Assembly (NCBI GenBank): GCA_951406725.2
Contig: OX597816.1
Coordinates: forward strand, 117,552,001 to 117,616,000
Length of the DNA stretch: 64,000 nt
Direction of reading: 5' to 3'
Source: Octopus vulgaris
Taxonomy: Eukaryota
Part shown: positions 1 to 13,529 of the stretch, piece after piece
How positions within the stretch are numbered: position 1 is the first letter of the stretch
How the letters are laid out: each line of letters begins with the position of its first letter
Notes under the pieces: model-generated
Databases searched by the model: none
What the model was told of the DNA's origin: nothing
The model's input: the letters and a program-made list of their open reading frames with translations, nothing else
Program-made: the position numbers and the translations under genes

Positions 1-783
1 TGAATTCGTTACTTTAATGCACTGATACTTATGAGTTGTGGTTTCTTTGTTTTGGAGGCACTGTAAAGCGTCTCGAGTAGTAGCCCTTCTTCTTTGACTG
101 AGCTATAAATATGTATATGTGTATAGAGAGTCAGTATAAATTTCTGTAAATCTTGTGAAACCATAGATCTCTAACTGGAAAGATCCTTTTAAGTATAGGC
201 GAGAGTAAGGTTTGTTGGTTGTTGTATCTTGGAGTGGGGGAGGTCATTACACCAATAACAAACAGACACACTGGTTCAATTTGACTTCTTTATTATCAGT
301 CAATTGGTTAGTTATTTAGCTAACTAACTAATCGATTGCTTGCTTAATCACTCGGCTAATCAATCAGTTGTTTGTCAAAGTTCTTTCGTTGCAATTCACG
401 ATTGCGTCAAAGGTATGCCCTTTCTTCTTCAGGTATGCTTCAAATCTAAGACAAATTTGAAGCAGACTTGGAGAAGAGAAAAGAAGTGAAATTGAATCAG
501 TGTGTGTGTTTATTATTGGCGTACTGACCCTCCCCCCAGATATAACAAAATTTGTTTCAACACGAGTTCACATCAAAAATCTTGGAAACAAAATTCAAAA
601 TCTGTTTTTTTTTTATTTATGGAAGTCCTGCAGTTACTCATACATGCACGTCTCACCTCTCTACGTGACACATGTTATCAACCTCTGTCAATTCCGCTAA
701 TCTACCATTCTTGATAAAAACCATAAAAATAAAAATACCGCCCCGCCACAAATAAATAAAATCAAAATAAATAGAAAACGCAT

Positions 784-1421
784 TAGCACAGGCGTGGCTG
801 TGTGGTAAGAAGCCTTGCTTCCCAACCATATGGTTCCAGGTTCAGTCCCACTGCATAGCACCTTGCGCAAATGTTTTTAGCTATAACCTCGGGCCGATTA
901 AATCCTTGTAAATGGATTTGGAAGACGGAAACTGAAAGAAGCCTGTAGTATATAAATATATATATTGTATGATACAAATAAGATGTTTTTCGAGCGCATA
1001 GTTGCCGTTAGAGCAGCAGAAAAACTGGGTAACTTACACTACCAAGGCGGAAAAGTTTGTCAACAAGACATGAGACTCGAAACCATATCCCTCAAAGATT
1101 CCGGCTAAGTGCTTTACCATTAAGCTGAACTGCCCGCTGACAAATTCGTCCGCCGAATTAGACGCTGAATACTTTAGCTTTATAGAACAACCATGCGTGT
1201 GTGTGTGCTTGTGTGTGTGTGTTTGTCCCCAACTCCCGCTTGACGACTGGTATTGGTGTGTTTACGTTTCAGTAACTTAGCGGTTCAGCCAAAAAACGAT
1301 AAAATAAGTACCAGGCTTTAAAATAAAATATAGGTACTGCGGTCGTTTTATTTGACTAAAAATTATTCAAGGCGTTGTCCCAACGCGGCCGCAGTCTAAT
1401 GACTGAAACAAGTAAACGATA
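784..1421 (+). mobile_element. SINE family A with a ~230-bp insertion in its internal microsatellite
   Basis: Head 784-950 and tail 1215-1421 match family A; foreign segment at ~965-1195. Confidence 0.8.
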
Positions 1422-1759
1422 CAAAATAATTCTATAAAAATGCAATTAAATCACCTCTTAACCTCTTTTCCTCAGACAGAATGAACTTACCTTTACTAGG
1501 AGCATGGTAAAAACTATGATTACTAGACTTCACTAAGTGTATTGTGACTTATGATATCTAACCCAAAAGTGGCGTCATTAAAAAAATAATTAGAAAAAAA
1601 GTTTCCATAAGGTATGTAGTAAGTATAAAGACGGTGCCAAATGTAGACGAGCATGTTAAGAAACTGGAAAACTGACAGAAAGCACGCCCCCCTTCATATA
1701 CCATCAAACTGGTAAAGTTCTTAATGCATTAACCGAAATACTTTCACCCCACCCCACTT

Positions 1760-1929
1760 TTCTTTTTTACAATTTTCTGTTTTTTTTTCTTTTTTGTTTC
1801 TTTCCTCTCGTACCCTTCCTTCTTTTCCTCATTTCTTTTCTTTCTCAATTTCTTCTCCCCTCCTTCCTTCCTTCCTTCCTTCCTTCCTGCCTGCCTGCCT
1901 GCTTGCTTTTCTTTCTTTCTTTCTTTTCT

Positions 1930-1986
<57 letters not shown>

Positions 1987-4110
1987 ATTTTTCCTTTCTT
2001 GTATTTCTTTTTCTTTTTCTTACCTTTATAGCCTCCTCCTCCTCCTTTTTTCATTTGATCATTATTATCAACTCCTTTTTCCTCTAGATCGTCAACCCCG
2101 CCATCATCACCACAGCCACACCCACTTTTTCAAAACAACATTAAATCCCAACAATTAAAAACAAACAGAAAAAAAAAAAACAGAAATAAACAAAATAAAC
2201 CCAAAAGCAAAAAAATAAAATAAAAAAGAATTAATAACCCAGAGCCAACCACCCACCCGCCCACCAACCAGCCAACAAGTCAACGCATTCCACCCAGCTT
2301 CCTTGTCTTGCCAGCATCTTCACAGACAGCAACACTATCAGCAGCATCTGTAGCTCCCTTCTTCAACATTTACTAATTCAGATTTGCCATCCTGAATAAG
2401 CCCCTCTACCCTCACTCCGCCCCGATCCCTCCCCTCACCACACTTCACCCACTCCCGTCTACCTTCTTTCATTCTGGCACTTGGGCACTCATTATTCAAC
2501 TTCTGGCTCCTGTTTAGTATCATCATCAGTAAACTTGTCTTCAGAAAACCCCCGCAGCTACCTCCACAGTTCTTTCATCTTTGTTTCGTTTCGCAAACCC
2601 ATCAACATCATCTTCATCATCACCATCACCGCCACTGCCGCCGCCGCCGCTACCACCATCACCACCACCACCACCACTATTTCTCTTCCTCTTCGTCATT
2701 ATCATCGTCACCGTCATCACAGTGACCATCACCTCTTCTCCCTCCTCGTCTTCCTCCTCCTCCTCCTCATTATCATCGTCACCATCTCACAATCAACATC
2801 ACCTCTCCTCTCTCCTCATCTTCCTCCTTCTCCTCCTCCTCCTTCTCCTCCTCCTCCTTCTCCTCCTCACTTTCATCATCATTATCTCTCCATTACCATC
2901 ATCATCGTCATCATCATCATCATTATCATCATCATCGTAGTCGTCATCGACGTCATCCCCCTACCTACAATTAGTGCCAACCTTTAAAAACTCGAGCTAA
3001 CGAGAAAGCCTTTATGTGGTTTTGGCTGCCTACTAAAAATAGCCGTTCAGTATCTTCCTCTCCCGATCCCAAGAAGACCCACCCTACCGCTTGTCTTAAA
3101 AAAATAGATAAAATGAGAATAATAACAATAATTAAAAGGACAAGTCGAATAGTGTAGTCTTAGATATAAAAAAAGAAAGAAAAAAAGGTGGGATGATCAC
3201 GGTAGGAAAGCTTGATCTAGGTTAAACAGCATCAACAACCAATTTATAGAATAAAGTCTCGCTCACAACTCATTCGAATATAGTACGTGTATCCCCTTCC
3301 CGCCATCACTCCCTCATCAGCTGACTCTATCATTAAGAACAATAACAACAGCACTACCATAATCCCCCCCTCCTCTCAGTACTATCAACAACGACGTCGG
3401 TGCCATGGGTCTGTTAGACCAGGGAAAAGGGTGAGGGTGGGGCTGGGGTGGGGGTGGGGGGTTGACCCTGGTTATACAACAACAACGATAACAGTAACAA
3501 CGTCATTGCTCTCAATGTTGCTAACCAATTTGTCTATACTGAAAAAAAAAATGATAAAATAAAATAAAATCACAATAACTAGAATTTTTCAACACCATCG
3601 CCGCTGCTGTCGCCACCACCGCTTCTGCCACCGTCTCTGCCATCGCCTCCTCTGTCTTCAGTTCAGTTCCAACATCGCTACCTCAACTTCACAACTATCA
3701 AAAATATTACTACCACAAAGACAACGACGACGACGACCACCACCACCACTATCACCACCACCACCACCACCACCACCACTCTATCACTACTATCACTACT
3801 ATCACCACCATCACTGCAAATGTACTCTTTCTCTCACCCCCATCGTCGCTTCAAGTTCCAGCATCACCATCGGCATCTCAAATATCTTCATCGTATCGGC
3901 AGCACCCAGCCAACACTATTTATCAGCACTAGTACAAGAGCCACGCCACCATCGCATACTATCCCCACCAGTACCACCACGAGCACCACCAGCATCACCA
4001 CCAGAACCACTACCACCGTTTCTCCTAGCAGCTTTACCCTTACTTCCTCTCATCCACCACCCGGCATATTTTCTACGTCAGCTCCACCATCCATTATAAC
4101 TTAATACCAA
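1760..4110. repeat. Compound low-complexity region: (CTTT)n, (CCT)n, (CAC)n, (CAT)n
   Basis: Directly visible; source of the poly-S/P/T/H/I pseudo-ORFs. Confidence 0.9.
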
Positions 4111-4637
4111 CTTCTCATTTATTCATTCGACATCACACCCTTCTCTTGTGTTTCTCTTTGCATTTCAGCAGCAGCAGGTTATATGCACATACATATTTAC
4201 ACACAAGACATACATATAATTCATATATATATATAAATATATATATATATACCTACTTAACGCACACATATTATCTATATATGTGTGTGTCTGCTGTACA
4301 TGTCTGTATGTATATATGTATGTGTGTCTTCTTATAGTTGATGTCCGACGACGATCCAAGACTGACTTATAATAATTTCCTACTGATGTGGTTGGCGGTG
4401 ATGGTGGTCAGTCAACTTTATCACAGAGAAAAAAAAAGTGCTACCATTAATTTGACGATGGGGTTCGTATGAGGCTTTTGAACGTTTCTTTGCTTACTAA
4501 CCGATCACTAATAACAAGACTTAGGCAGTAAATGCAAAGATAGAACTAACTGCTCCGATATACATGCCTTAATTTGGGATAAGGCAGCCATATTTCAATA
4601 AGTTTATTAGAGTACCCCCCCCAAATCTTTGTCTTAT

Positions 4638-4687
<50 letters not shown>

Positions 4688-5608
4688 CTAGCATAACGTC
4701 AAGAGTTGCTGTGAACTTTTGTTGTTGTTGTTTGATCTTGGTCAGTCCTTGATCGTGTAACTATGAACCTGTGTATGCAGAGTTAGTTCCATCTATAGCG
4801 ATTCTGTTTCGCTCCATGGCTATTATAAATTATCACTAGCTAATGCGTACGTGTTCGTATTTAAACATGGTATGATGATATGATTTTAAGGAAATTTAGG
4901 TGCATTTTTTTGTTCCTCTCAGCAGAACGAAGACCACACGTTTCTTTTCTCTCTTTGTTGTTGTTGTTGCTGCGAACACGATGACGATGATGACAACAGT
5001 GGCACTAATGATGATAGTAATGATGATGATGAGGATGATGATGGATCGCATGCCTAGTAATTTTTTCTCTCTTATTTTCTCAATAATATGTGTCGTCGTT
5101 GTTTAACTCCAGGAGAATCCAGACCGAGCAGAGATCCATTCTCAAAGACATCCCTTTAGTGGTGGCCAGCCCATCTTTTGTTTTCACGTATATAGTATTT
5201 AAAGACTATTTTATCCCGCATGTTTTTATTTATTTTTTTAAAAGACTGCAGCGTGTAATATGAGAGATTTAACACTTAACTTTTAGAAAGCTGAGCACCC
5301 CTGTCGAGATTCCCACGTCTCCGCCGTCATCATCGATATCATTGTAGCCGTTGCTGACATCAATAAAGTTCCAATTCTTAGAGTTTGAAATATTTATATT
5401 AAAAAAAAAAAAAAAAGAAAAAGAAAAGCAAACTGTTTTTTAGTCCGCTTAGAATGAGTTGTGCCCTTCTTATGTCCCCTCCACTCCCGCAATATTGTGG
5501 CTAGATAGATTCTACTTTTATAAATACACGGAAATAGTAATAACTGAACATTTGTATGAATATATTCCAATGAGCGGATGATGATGAAGATAATAATAAT
5601 AATAATAG

Positions 5609-5810
5609 TTTCAAATTTTGGTATAAGACCAATTGTTTCAGAAGAGGGAATCAGTCGATTATATCGGCTTCAGTGCTCAATTTTATCGAACCCGATAGGA
5701 TGAAAGGCAAAGTCGACCATGGCGGAATTTGAACTCCGAAGGTAAAACCGGAGGAAAAATCAGCTAAGCATTTTGTCCGGTGCGGTAACGATTCTGCCAG
5801 TTCGCTGCCT
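5609..5810 (-). mobile_element. SINE family B
   Basis: Reverse-complement match, embedded in (AAT)n. Confidence 0.8.
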
Positions 5811-6343
5811 TAATAATAATGATGATGGTAATAATAATAATTATAATAATAATAATAAAAATAAAATAAAAAAAAAAAAATTATAATGATTAATCTACTT
5901 GTTTAACATAAGGTTAACAAAAATTCGAAACAATATTTCGTGAGGACAAATATTTTGGATTGTATGAACTCTCTCTTTCTTGTCAAAGTTTCAAATATTT
6001 AATAATTTCTGTATTAGACACAAGGGTTCAAGGAAAAGCGATACAAACAATGCAATAATCCATAGGTTCCAATAATAGCGAGAAAAGAGATTTTGAAAAA
6101 TGACTACTCATCCGTACTAACATTCCTGCGCACGCACGCACACGACACACAAATGACATATACTCACAAATATCACATGAAATAATATAAACAAAATAAA
6201 CTCCACCACCACCGCTATCGCCGCCCCTATCATGATATCCCCTCCTCTCCACCACCATCAGCACTACTACAACCATTTCTGCTACTATCATCACAATCAC
6301 CGCAGCCATCTCTACAAACAACATCAATCGATGCTACCACGAC

Positions 6344-6388
<45 letters not shown>

Positions 6389-6389
<1 letters not shown>

Positions 6390-6600
6390 GTTTCAAATTT
6401 TGCCACAAGGGCAGCAATTTTGGGGGCGGAGATGAGTCAATTACATCGACCCCAATGTTCAACTGGTACTTATTTTATCGAGCTTGAAAGGATGTAAAGC
6501 AAAGTCGACCTCGGCGGAATTTGAACTCAAAACATAAAGACGGACGAAATGCCGCTAGGCATTTGTCTGGCGCGCTAACGATTCTACCATCTCTCCACCT
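6389..6600 (-). mobile_element. SINE family B
   Basis: Reverse-complement match, embedded in (AAT)n. Confidence 0.8.
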
Positions 6601-6702
6601 TAATAATAATAATGATGATGATGATGATGATGATGACGATGATGACGTCGATGACGAATACATCAGTATAACACTGATGTACATCAGTATATCTGTGTGT
6701 GT

Positions 6703-6934
6703 GGCGGCGAGCTGGCAGAATCGTTAGCACGCCAGGTGAAATGCTTATCTGTATTTCGTCTGCTGCTACGTTCTGAGTTCAAATTCCACCGAGGTCGACT
6801 TTGCCTTTCATCCTTTCGGGGTCGATTAAATTAGTACCAGTTACGCACTGGGGTCAATGTAATCGACTTAGTCCCTTTGTCTGTCCTTGTTTGTCCCCTC
6901 TATATTTAGTCCCTTGTGGGCAATGAAGAAATAA
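6703..6934 (+). mobile_element. tRNA-derived SINE family B (Meta-domain-like centre)
   Basis: ggcggcgagctggcagaatcgttagc head; gagttcaaattcc B box; aggtcgactttgcctttcatcctttcggggtcgat...agtaccag centre. Confidence 0.85.
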
Positions 6935-6956
6935 GCACATATGTGTGTGTGTGTGT

Positions 6957-7285
6957 GGTGAAGGTGGGTGGCTTAGTAGTTACGGTATTTGGCTCAAGAT
7001 CGTAACGTTGTGAGTTCGATGCATGGCGGTGCATTATGCCCTTCAGTAAGACACTTTATTTCGCGTTGCTCCAGTCTACTCGGCTGGCAAAAATGAGTTG
7101 CACCTGTATTTCAAAGTGCAAGCCTTGTCATATTCTATGCTCCACTGAATCTCCCTAAAAACTATATAAAGGGCACGCATGGCTACGGAGCGCTCAGCCA
7201 CGTGCACGTTAATATCACGAGCAGGCTATTCTGTTGATCAGATCGAATGGAACCTTTATTGTCGTAACCGACAGAGTGCCAGTGT
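6957..7285 (+). mobile_element. Diverged SINE family D copy
   Basis: Shares head (gtggcttagtagttacgg...gagttcgat) and tail (cacgttaatatcacgagcaggct...gtcgtaaccgac) with 15037-15423. A more decayed relative lies at ~32505-32720. Confidence 0.65.
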
Positions 7286-7799
7286 GTGTAGGTGTGCGTG
7301 GGTGAGTATACAAATCCTCCTGCGCACACGGATGGACCCTAAACTCATTAGTGAAGCCTCTTCGATGAATTGCTTTTGTATTTTAAATAAACACGATTAT
7401 ATCAAACTGACATGTTGATTTGTTGCTGTGTAAGCCCACGCCTCTGATTGAGCAAATTCATGATTAAAGGCAATACAACCGAGAACATCTAGTTTCTTTT
7501 TACAGACATAGCATGTCTAAGAATAAGTATAAATATCTTTTTTAGATAGTGGCATATGATATAAAGGAAACTTGGCTGCTGTTTCTCGTAACTCACGTGA
7601 CCACTATAAGTTATTTCATTGGTTTGCCTAATCCTTAAATTAAGAGTACACTATAGCTCATTTAGTAGTTCCGTTTATTTGATAATAAGAATAGTCATCG
7701 TCGAAATCGACGGAGAATTCATTTAGACGATTTTAATAAATTCTGGACTGTGATAATATTCTTAAAATAATGGAGCTTATGTAAGTATATTTGTGTATG

Positions 7800-8335
7800 T
7801 AACAGAAACACCACTAGCCCTTCATTTCCCAATCTGTCACATGCTCCCTAAATAATTTGTACCATATACCGCCTCTAACACCAAGCAAATTTCTCCAACC
7901 ATCCATGCACATTCATCACCCACCCCACTGTTCCTGGGAGGGTTGTAAGAGTCAGATTCTCAGGCACCTCCTTCAGAGGGTCCTGTCTGGAGCAAACGTC
8001 ATTAGACTTTCCTGCCGGATTCCCAAACGTGACCGGCTGAAACACTGGACACTATCAAATCACCTTGTTCTTGGTCTACCCTTAGGTCTCCAGCCGCTAG
8101 GCTCTGTTTGAAGAATCCGTTATGATTCTTTTCTACGACATTCTAATCACATGCCCGTAGTATCGGAGCTGTGACCTCTGAATGCGGAGAATCTCAGTCT
8201 GGAGGGATTTCTTGATTTCCGAGCTTTCCACCCTGTCGAGTAACGTTACTTCGGAGCTCCTTTTCTGGGACTCCATTTGGTCCGCTTGTATTCGCGATTG
8301 TACTCTCTCGGTCATTGACCAACGTTCATGACCAC
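7800..8335 (-). mobile_element. RTE-clade LINE 3' fragment
   Basis: VTLLDRVESSEIKKSLQTEILRIQRSQLRYYGHVIRM followed by RPKGRPRTR(W)-like codons, typical of the RTE ORF C-terminus. Confidence 0.7.
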
Positions 8336-9052
8336 ATTTCTAAAGAAATGGAAGAGAGACGAGAGATGGGGAGAGAGAGAGAGAGAGAGAGAGAGAGTGA
8401 GAGAGAGAGAGAGAGAGAGACAAAGAGAAAGAGGGAGAGAGAGGGAAATAGTTGTTTACCAGCAGATTAGATGTTGCCTGTACTGTACTTTTACTATCTC
8501 CTCCTTGTAAAGAGATATCGATGTTTGTCGGTTGGCCACGGTGTTTTACAAAGGAGCTTCTGCACTGTCGATTGATCTGCTGTAAAGAGCTACCAAATCC
8601 CCCGCAAATAATAGTCAATAATCAAACATACCGGACAATGTAGTTCCGGATATAAAAAAAAACACAAAATAACCAATGGGATAGTCACAAACTGAACACT
8701 TTTTATCATAGGCTTGTTCGATATCAGGACCTGTCTGGAACCAACAACAACAAATTTACACCAGCGGGTGGTGTTTCACCTTGTTTTTAAAATGATCAAG
8801 CAATTATCACTAGAAGAGATCAATTTACTTTATTGATTATTTTACTGGTTTTGAGATATAACCATTTGTTCTGAGGAGTGAGAACTTAAATTAGCTGATA
8901 CCAAAACCTTGCATGTATCAATGGACTCTATTGCTTCTAAATGGACGCATTTTATATACAGTGAGCTTGGTCTGTCTACCTGTACAAACTGAAGTCGCTA
9001 ATCGATAGAATGTTTTCTCTATCTCAGCATGAATACAATTGATTTCAGAACA

Positions 9053-9630
<578 letters not shown>

Positions 9631-9639
9631 AGGTATACA

Positions 9640-9787
9640 TGTGTGGTAAGAAGCTTGCTTCGCAACCACATGGTTCTGGATTCAGCCTCATTGTGTGGCA
9701 CCTTGCGCAAGTGTCTTCTACTATAGCCTTGGGCCAACCAAAGCTTTGTGAGTGATTTGGATGGACGGAAACTGAAAGAAGCTCGTC

Positions 9788-9824
<37 letters not shown>

Positions 9825-10017
9825 TGTGTGTGCGTGTGTTTCTGTGTCTGTGTTTGTCGCCCATCACTGCATGACAACCGGTGTTGGTGTATTTACGTCC
9901 CTTTACATAGCGGTTCGGCAAAAGAGACGGATAGAATAACGGCTAAGCTTAAAAAATAAGTCCTGGGATCGATTTGTTCGACTAAAATACTTCAAGGCGG
10001 TGCTCCAGCATGACTAA
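9640..10017 (+). mobile_element. SINE family A
   Basis: Same head, internal (TA)n and tail as 10358-10800. Confidence 0.8.
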
Positions 10018-10357
10018 TCAATGTATGTATGTATGTATGTATGTATGTATGTATGATTTATATTTGAGTATAATAAAAAAGTATTAGCTGACGCTCTCTG
10101 TGCGACGTAAAGCTCAGTACCTGACGCTAAGTGCTGGATGTGGGGGCTGAACTCCCTGTTCGAATATATAAAGACAGAGATATTGTGTCGTATAGCCAGT
10201 TGGAAACGATGTTTCCTGGGATAATCAGCAGGAACTATCGTCCCTTCCAGGACAGCCATATTATGTTGGCCAACAGTCTTTACTTTAAAGAATTGTTACT
10301 GAATATCTCTCTTTGAGAGATTTAGAAATAATAATGTTTCAATTTAAATGTACGTAT

Positions 10358-10509
10358 TGGCTGTATGGTAAGTAGCTTGCTTACCAACCACATGGTTCCG
10401 GGTTCATTCCCACTGCGTGGCACCATGGGCAAGTGTCTTCTACTATAGCCTTGGGCCGACCAAAACCTTGTGAGTGGATTTGGTAGACGGAAACTGAAAG
10501 AAGCCCGTC

Positions 10510-10593
<84 letters not shown>

Positions 10594-10800
10594 ATATGCT
10601 TGGGTATCTTTGTTTGTTTCCCAACATCGCTTGACAACCGATGCTGGTGTGTTTATGTCCCCGTAACTTAGCAGTTCGGCAAAAGAGACCGATAGAATAA
10701 GTACTAGGCTTCAAAAGAATAAGTCCTGGGGTCGATTTGCTCGACTAAAGGCGGTGTTCCAGCATGGTCGCAGTCAAATGACTGAAACAAGGAAAAGAGT
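10358..10800 (+). mobile_element. tRNA-derived SINE family A (CORE-like centre, internal (TA)n/(TG)n)
   Basis: tggctgtatggtaagtagcttgcttaccaaccacatggttccgggttcattccc head; ggcaccatgggcaagtg; internal microsatellite; tail gcagtcaaatgactgaaacaaggaaaagag. Confidence 0.85.
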
Positions 10801-11018
10801 ATACTTTGTGAAAAGTGATAGTGATGTTAAAGTTTCACCAAATCTAGCTTTTCAGTTAGATTTAATATATAATCATGTTGGAGGAATCAGACGGATGAGT
10901 AAAGTATTACCAGCAAGGAAGAATATAAATAAATACGATGGAATTGGCTGAAGTAAGGTTGTATGAGTTATATGATCAAAGGAGGAGGGAAATACAGAAA
11001 TATGAACATATATGAGAA

Positions 11019-11087
<69 letters not shown>

Positions 11088-11090
<3 letters not shown>

Positions 11091-11490
11091 GGGCTAGGTG
11101 TTTAAGAAGCTTGCTTTGCAACCACGGGGTTTCGGGTTCAGTCCCCTATTGCGTTACATTGGGCAAGTATCGTTTGCTATAGGAGTGAATTGGGAGATGG
11201 AAACTGCGTTGAAACCCATCATGTGTGTGTGTTGTGTATGCGTGTGTATTTATGTGTTTATGTGTGTGTCTTTGTGTTTGTATTAGTTGCCCTTTCACCA
11301 CGTTAACCGGTGTCGCTTTATTTATATCCTAGCAACTTAGCAGCTCCGCAAAAGTAAACGAAAGTGTAAGTATTAATACCAGTTTTTATAACAGAAAAGT
11401 ACCGAGAGGCGATTTGATGGACCAAATCCTTCAAGGTGGTGACCCAGCATGGCCGTAGTCCGATGAGTGAAAGAAGTAAAAGATTAAAGA
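11088..11490 (+). mobile_element. SINE family A, diverged
   Basis: aagaagcttgctttgcaaccac...gggcaagt...ccagcatggccgtagtc...aagtaaaaga. Confidence 0.7.
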
Positions 11491-11510
11491 TAAACCATTA
11501 TATTTATTTA

Positions 11511-11671
11511 TACAGGAGTGACTGTGTGGTATGTAGCTTGCTTACCAACCACATGGTTCTGGGTTTATTCCCACTGTGTGGCACCTTGGGCAAGTGTCTT
11601 CTACTATAACCTCGGGCCGACCAAAACCTTGTGAGTGGATTTGGTAGACGGAAACTGAAAGAATCCCGTCG
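11511..11671 (+). mobile_element. SINE family A 5' half
   Basis: Head to gaaagaatcccgtcg, then (CTAT)n and the 11.8-kb palindrome; 3' half absent. Confidence 0.8.
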
Positions 11672-11762
<91 letters not shown>

Positions 11763-11774
11763 ATATATATATAT

Positions 11775-12124
11775 TTAAAAAAGGAGATGTGGAACACGAG
11801 TTGTGATATATAAAAAAAGGAAATGAAGAAAATGCTGACAAAATAATTTAAGTAAGGGAGAGTGTATTTAATTAGGTGAAAGTTCTTTTTACCGGTTGCG
11901 CATTTGTTATGCTTATCAAAAGATATTTTGAGTGAGATAAAGTTCCTTTCTGATTGATTTTTTTCTCTTATCTAAGAGAAAAAATCAATCAGAAAGGAAC
12001 TTTATCTCTCTTAAAAAAATATCTTTTGATAAGCATAACAATGCGCAACCGGTAAAAAGAACTTTCACCTAATTAAATACACTCTCCCTTACTTAAATTA
12101 TTTTGTCAGCATTTTCTTCATTTC

Positions 12125-12128
<4 letters not shown>
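11775..12128. mobile_element. Palindromic insertion (~155-bp arms, 2-nt spacer) in a microsatellite; probable PLE pseudo-LTR with a degenerate HHR
   Basis: Arms 11816-11970 and 11973-12128, extra outer ~40 bp on the left, flanked by (CTAT)n/(TA)n and (TA)n. Contains tcttttgataa-gcat aaca atgc-gcaa-ccgg-ta-aaaaga. Confidence 0.7.
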
Positions 12129-12213
<85 letters not shown>

Positions 12214-12926
12214 CAATCTATATCTCCATCTTAACGTGGACGTTGTGCTAGAACTGAGAATAGTCCGTTATTTACATTGAAAGGACCTCTTATGTGGACC
12301 CAAAGAAAATATACTTTAGACAATCTGAAGTTATGAATACAAAATGCTTAAATTTGAAAAATACGGTATTTGTTGTTTGTAACAGATATTGTTGGGAACT
12401 GTGTAAAAGTGTGTAAAAATGGTATTGCGAAGTCATAGAAAAGCTACTTTGGTAAAATGGCAGTAATATAAGGTGCATTTATTTTAAAGTGCAAGTGCAT
12501 TAATTTTCGCTATATAGACGTAAAAAAGAGAAAGTATCAAATTGAAGACCGTTGTGCAAAATACGTATTTAAATAAGTATATAATGTAAATCAAATCTAC
12601 TATATAGCCTACATACGTATTGGAAATTTATATCAGTTGTTATTAGGTATACGAAAAATATTTTATATATGAAAACAATGTAGTAAGATAAAGTGCGGTA
12701 AGTATGTTAATAAACAATTTGTTACTCCAGCCTCTTTATTTATGCGGTAATGTTATGAAAAACTTCTACGAACACGTGGTCTCTCTCTCACACACACAAA
12801 CACACACACACGTGTAATTATATATCATACACATACACATATATGTATATATCCATCCATCCATCCATCCATCGATACATACATAGATACATGCATGAGC
12901 ATATATATATATATATATATATATAT

Positions 12927-13520
12927 AACAACAAAGGTGAATAGGGGTATATTATATAATATATAAGATAAATCGTTGATTTACCGAAAGTAGCTATGCT
13001 TCCAGATAGAGCAGACCAACTACTTGGTGTCAGTTGGTACCAGCTCTAAATGAGAAGGTGAGATTTATCATATATGTCATTTAAAAACACCCATATTCGC
13101 TTTTGTTGTTCAAATCAAACTCTACTGGTATTTCTGGATTATATGTGTTAACCCGTTATCGTTTTATTTATGCAAGTTACTTAAACCATAAATGTGTTCT
13201 GCCCTCTTTTTTCTTTTTGTCTGCATTGTCTAAGTATGTCATCTGCTGAAGAATAACGGAGGAAAATTGCGACGCTAATGACGCCTATTGATGTAGAAAG
13301 CTGTCTTTTTTCTTAATGGCATGTCAGTTTTAAAAATTCTTACTTCTTGAGTTCAAAACCTCTTTTCATTAGGATTTGGTACCTCTTTTCATTAAGATTT
13401 AGTATCTCTTTTCATTAAGATTTGATACCACTTTTCATGAGGATTTGGTACAAATTGCTACCAAGTATTTATCTTGTCTCTATTTAATATACCCTTATTC
13501 ATTTTTGTCGGTCAAATATA
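12927..13520. mobile_element. Old PLE-like pseudo-LTR remnant with inverted ends and an internal 23-bp tandem repeat
   Basis: 12930-12975 is an imperfect reverse complement of 13467-13510. Four copies of acctcttttcattaggatttggt at ~13358-13450. Degenerate CTGAAGA...GAAAGCTGTC. Shares cttggtagcaatt and gacatgccattaa words with 47380-47480. Confidence 0.45.
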
Positions 13521-13529
13521 TACTTTATC

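Noticed and set aside
1-480. Possible GIY-YIG remnant (IYG...IAQS) and CTGAAGA...GAAA on the minus strand with a small hairpin at 423-475
   Set aside because: Too degenerate: HHR stems do not close properly and the frame is not continuous.
13358-13450. 23-bp direct repeats, CRISPR-like at first sight
   Set aside because: Contiguous tandem units with no spacers, eukaryotic context and no cas genes.
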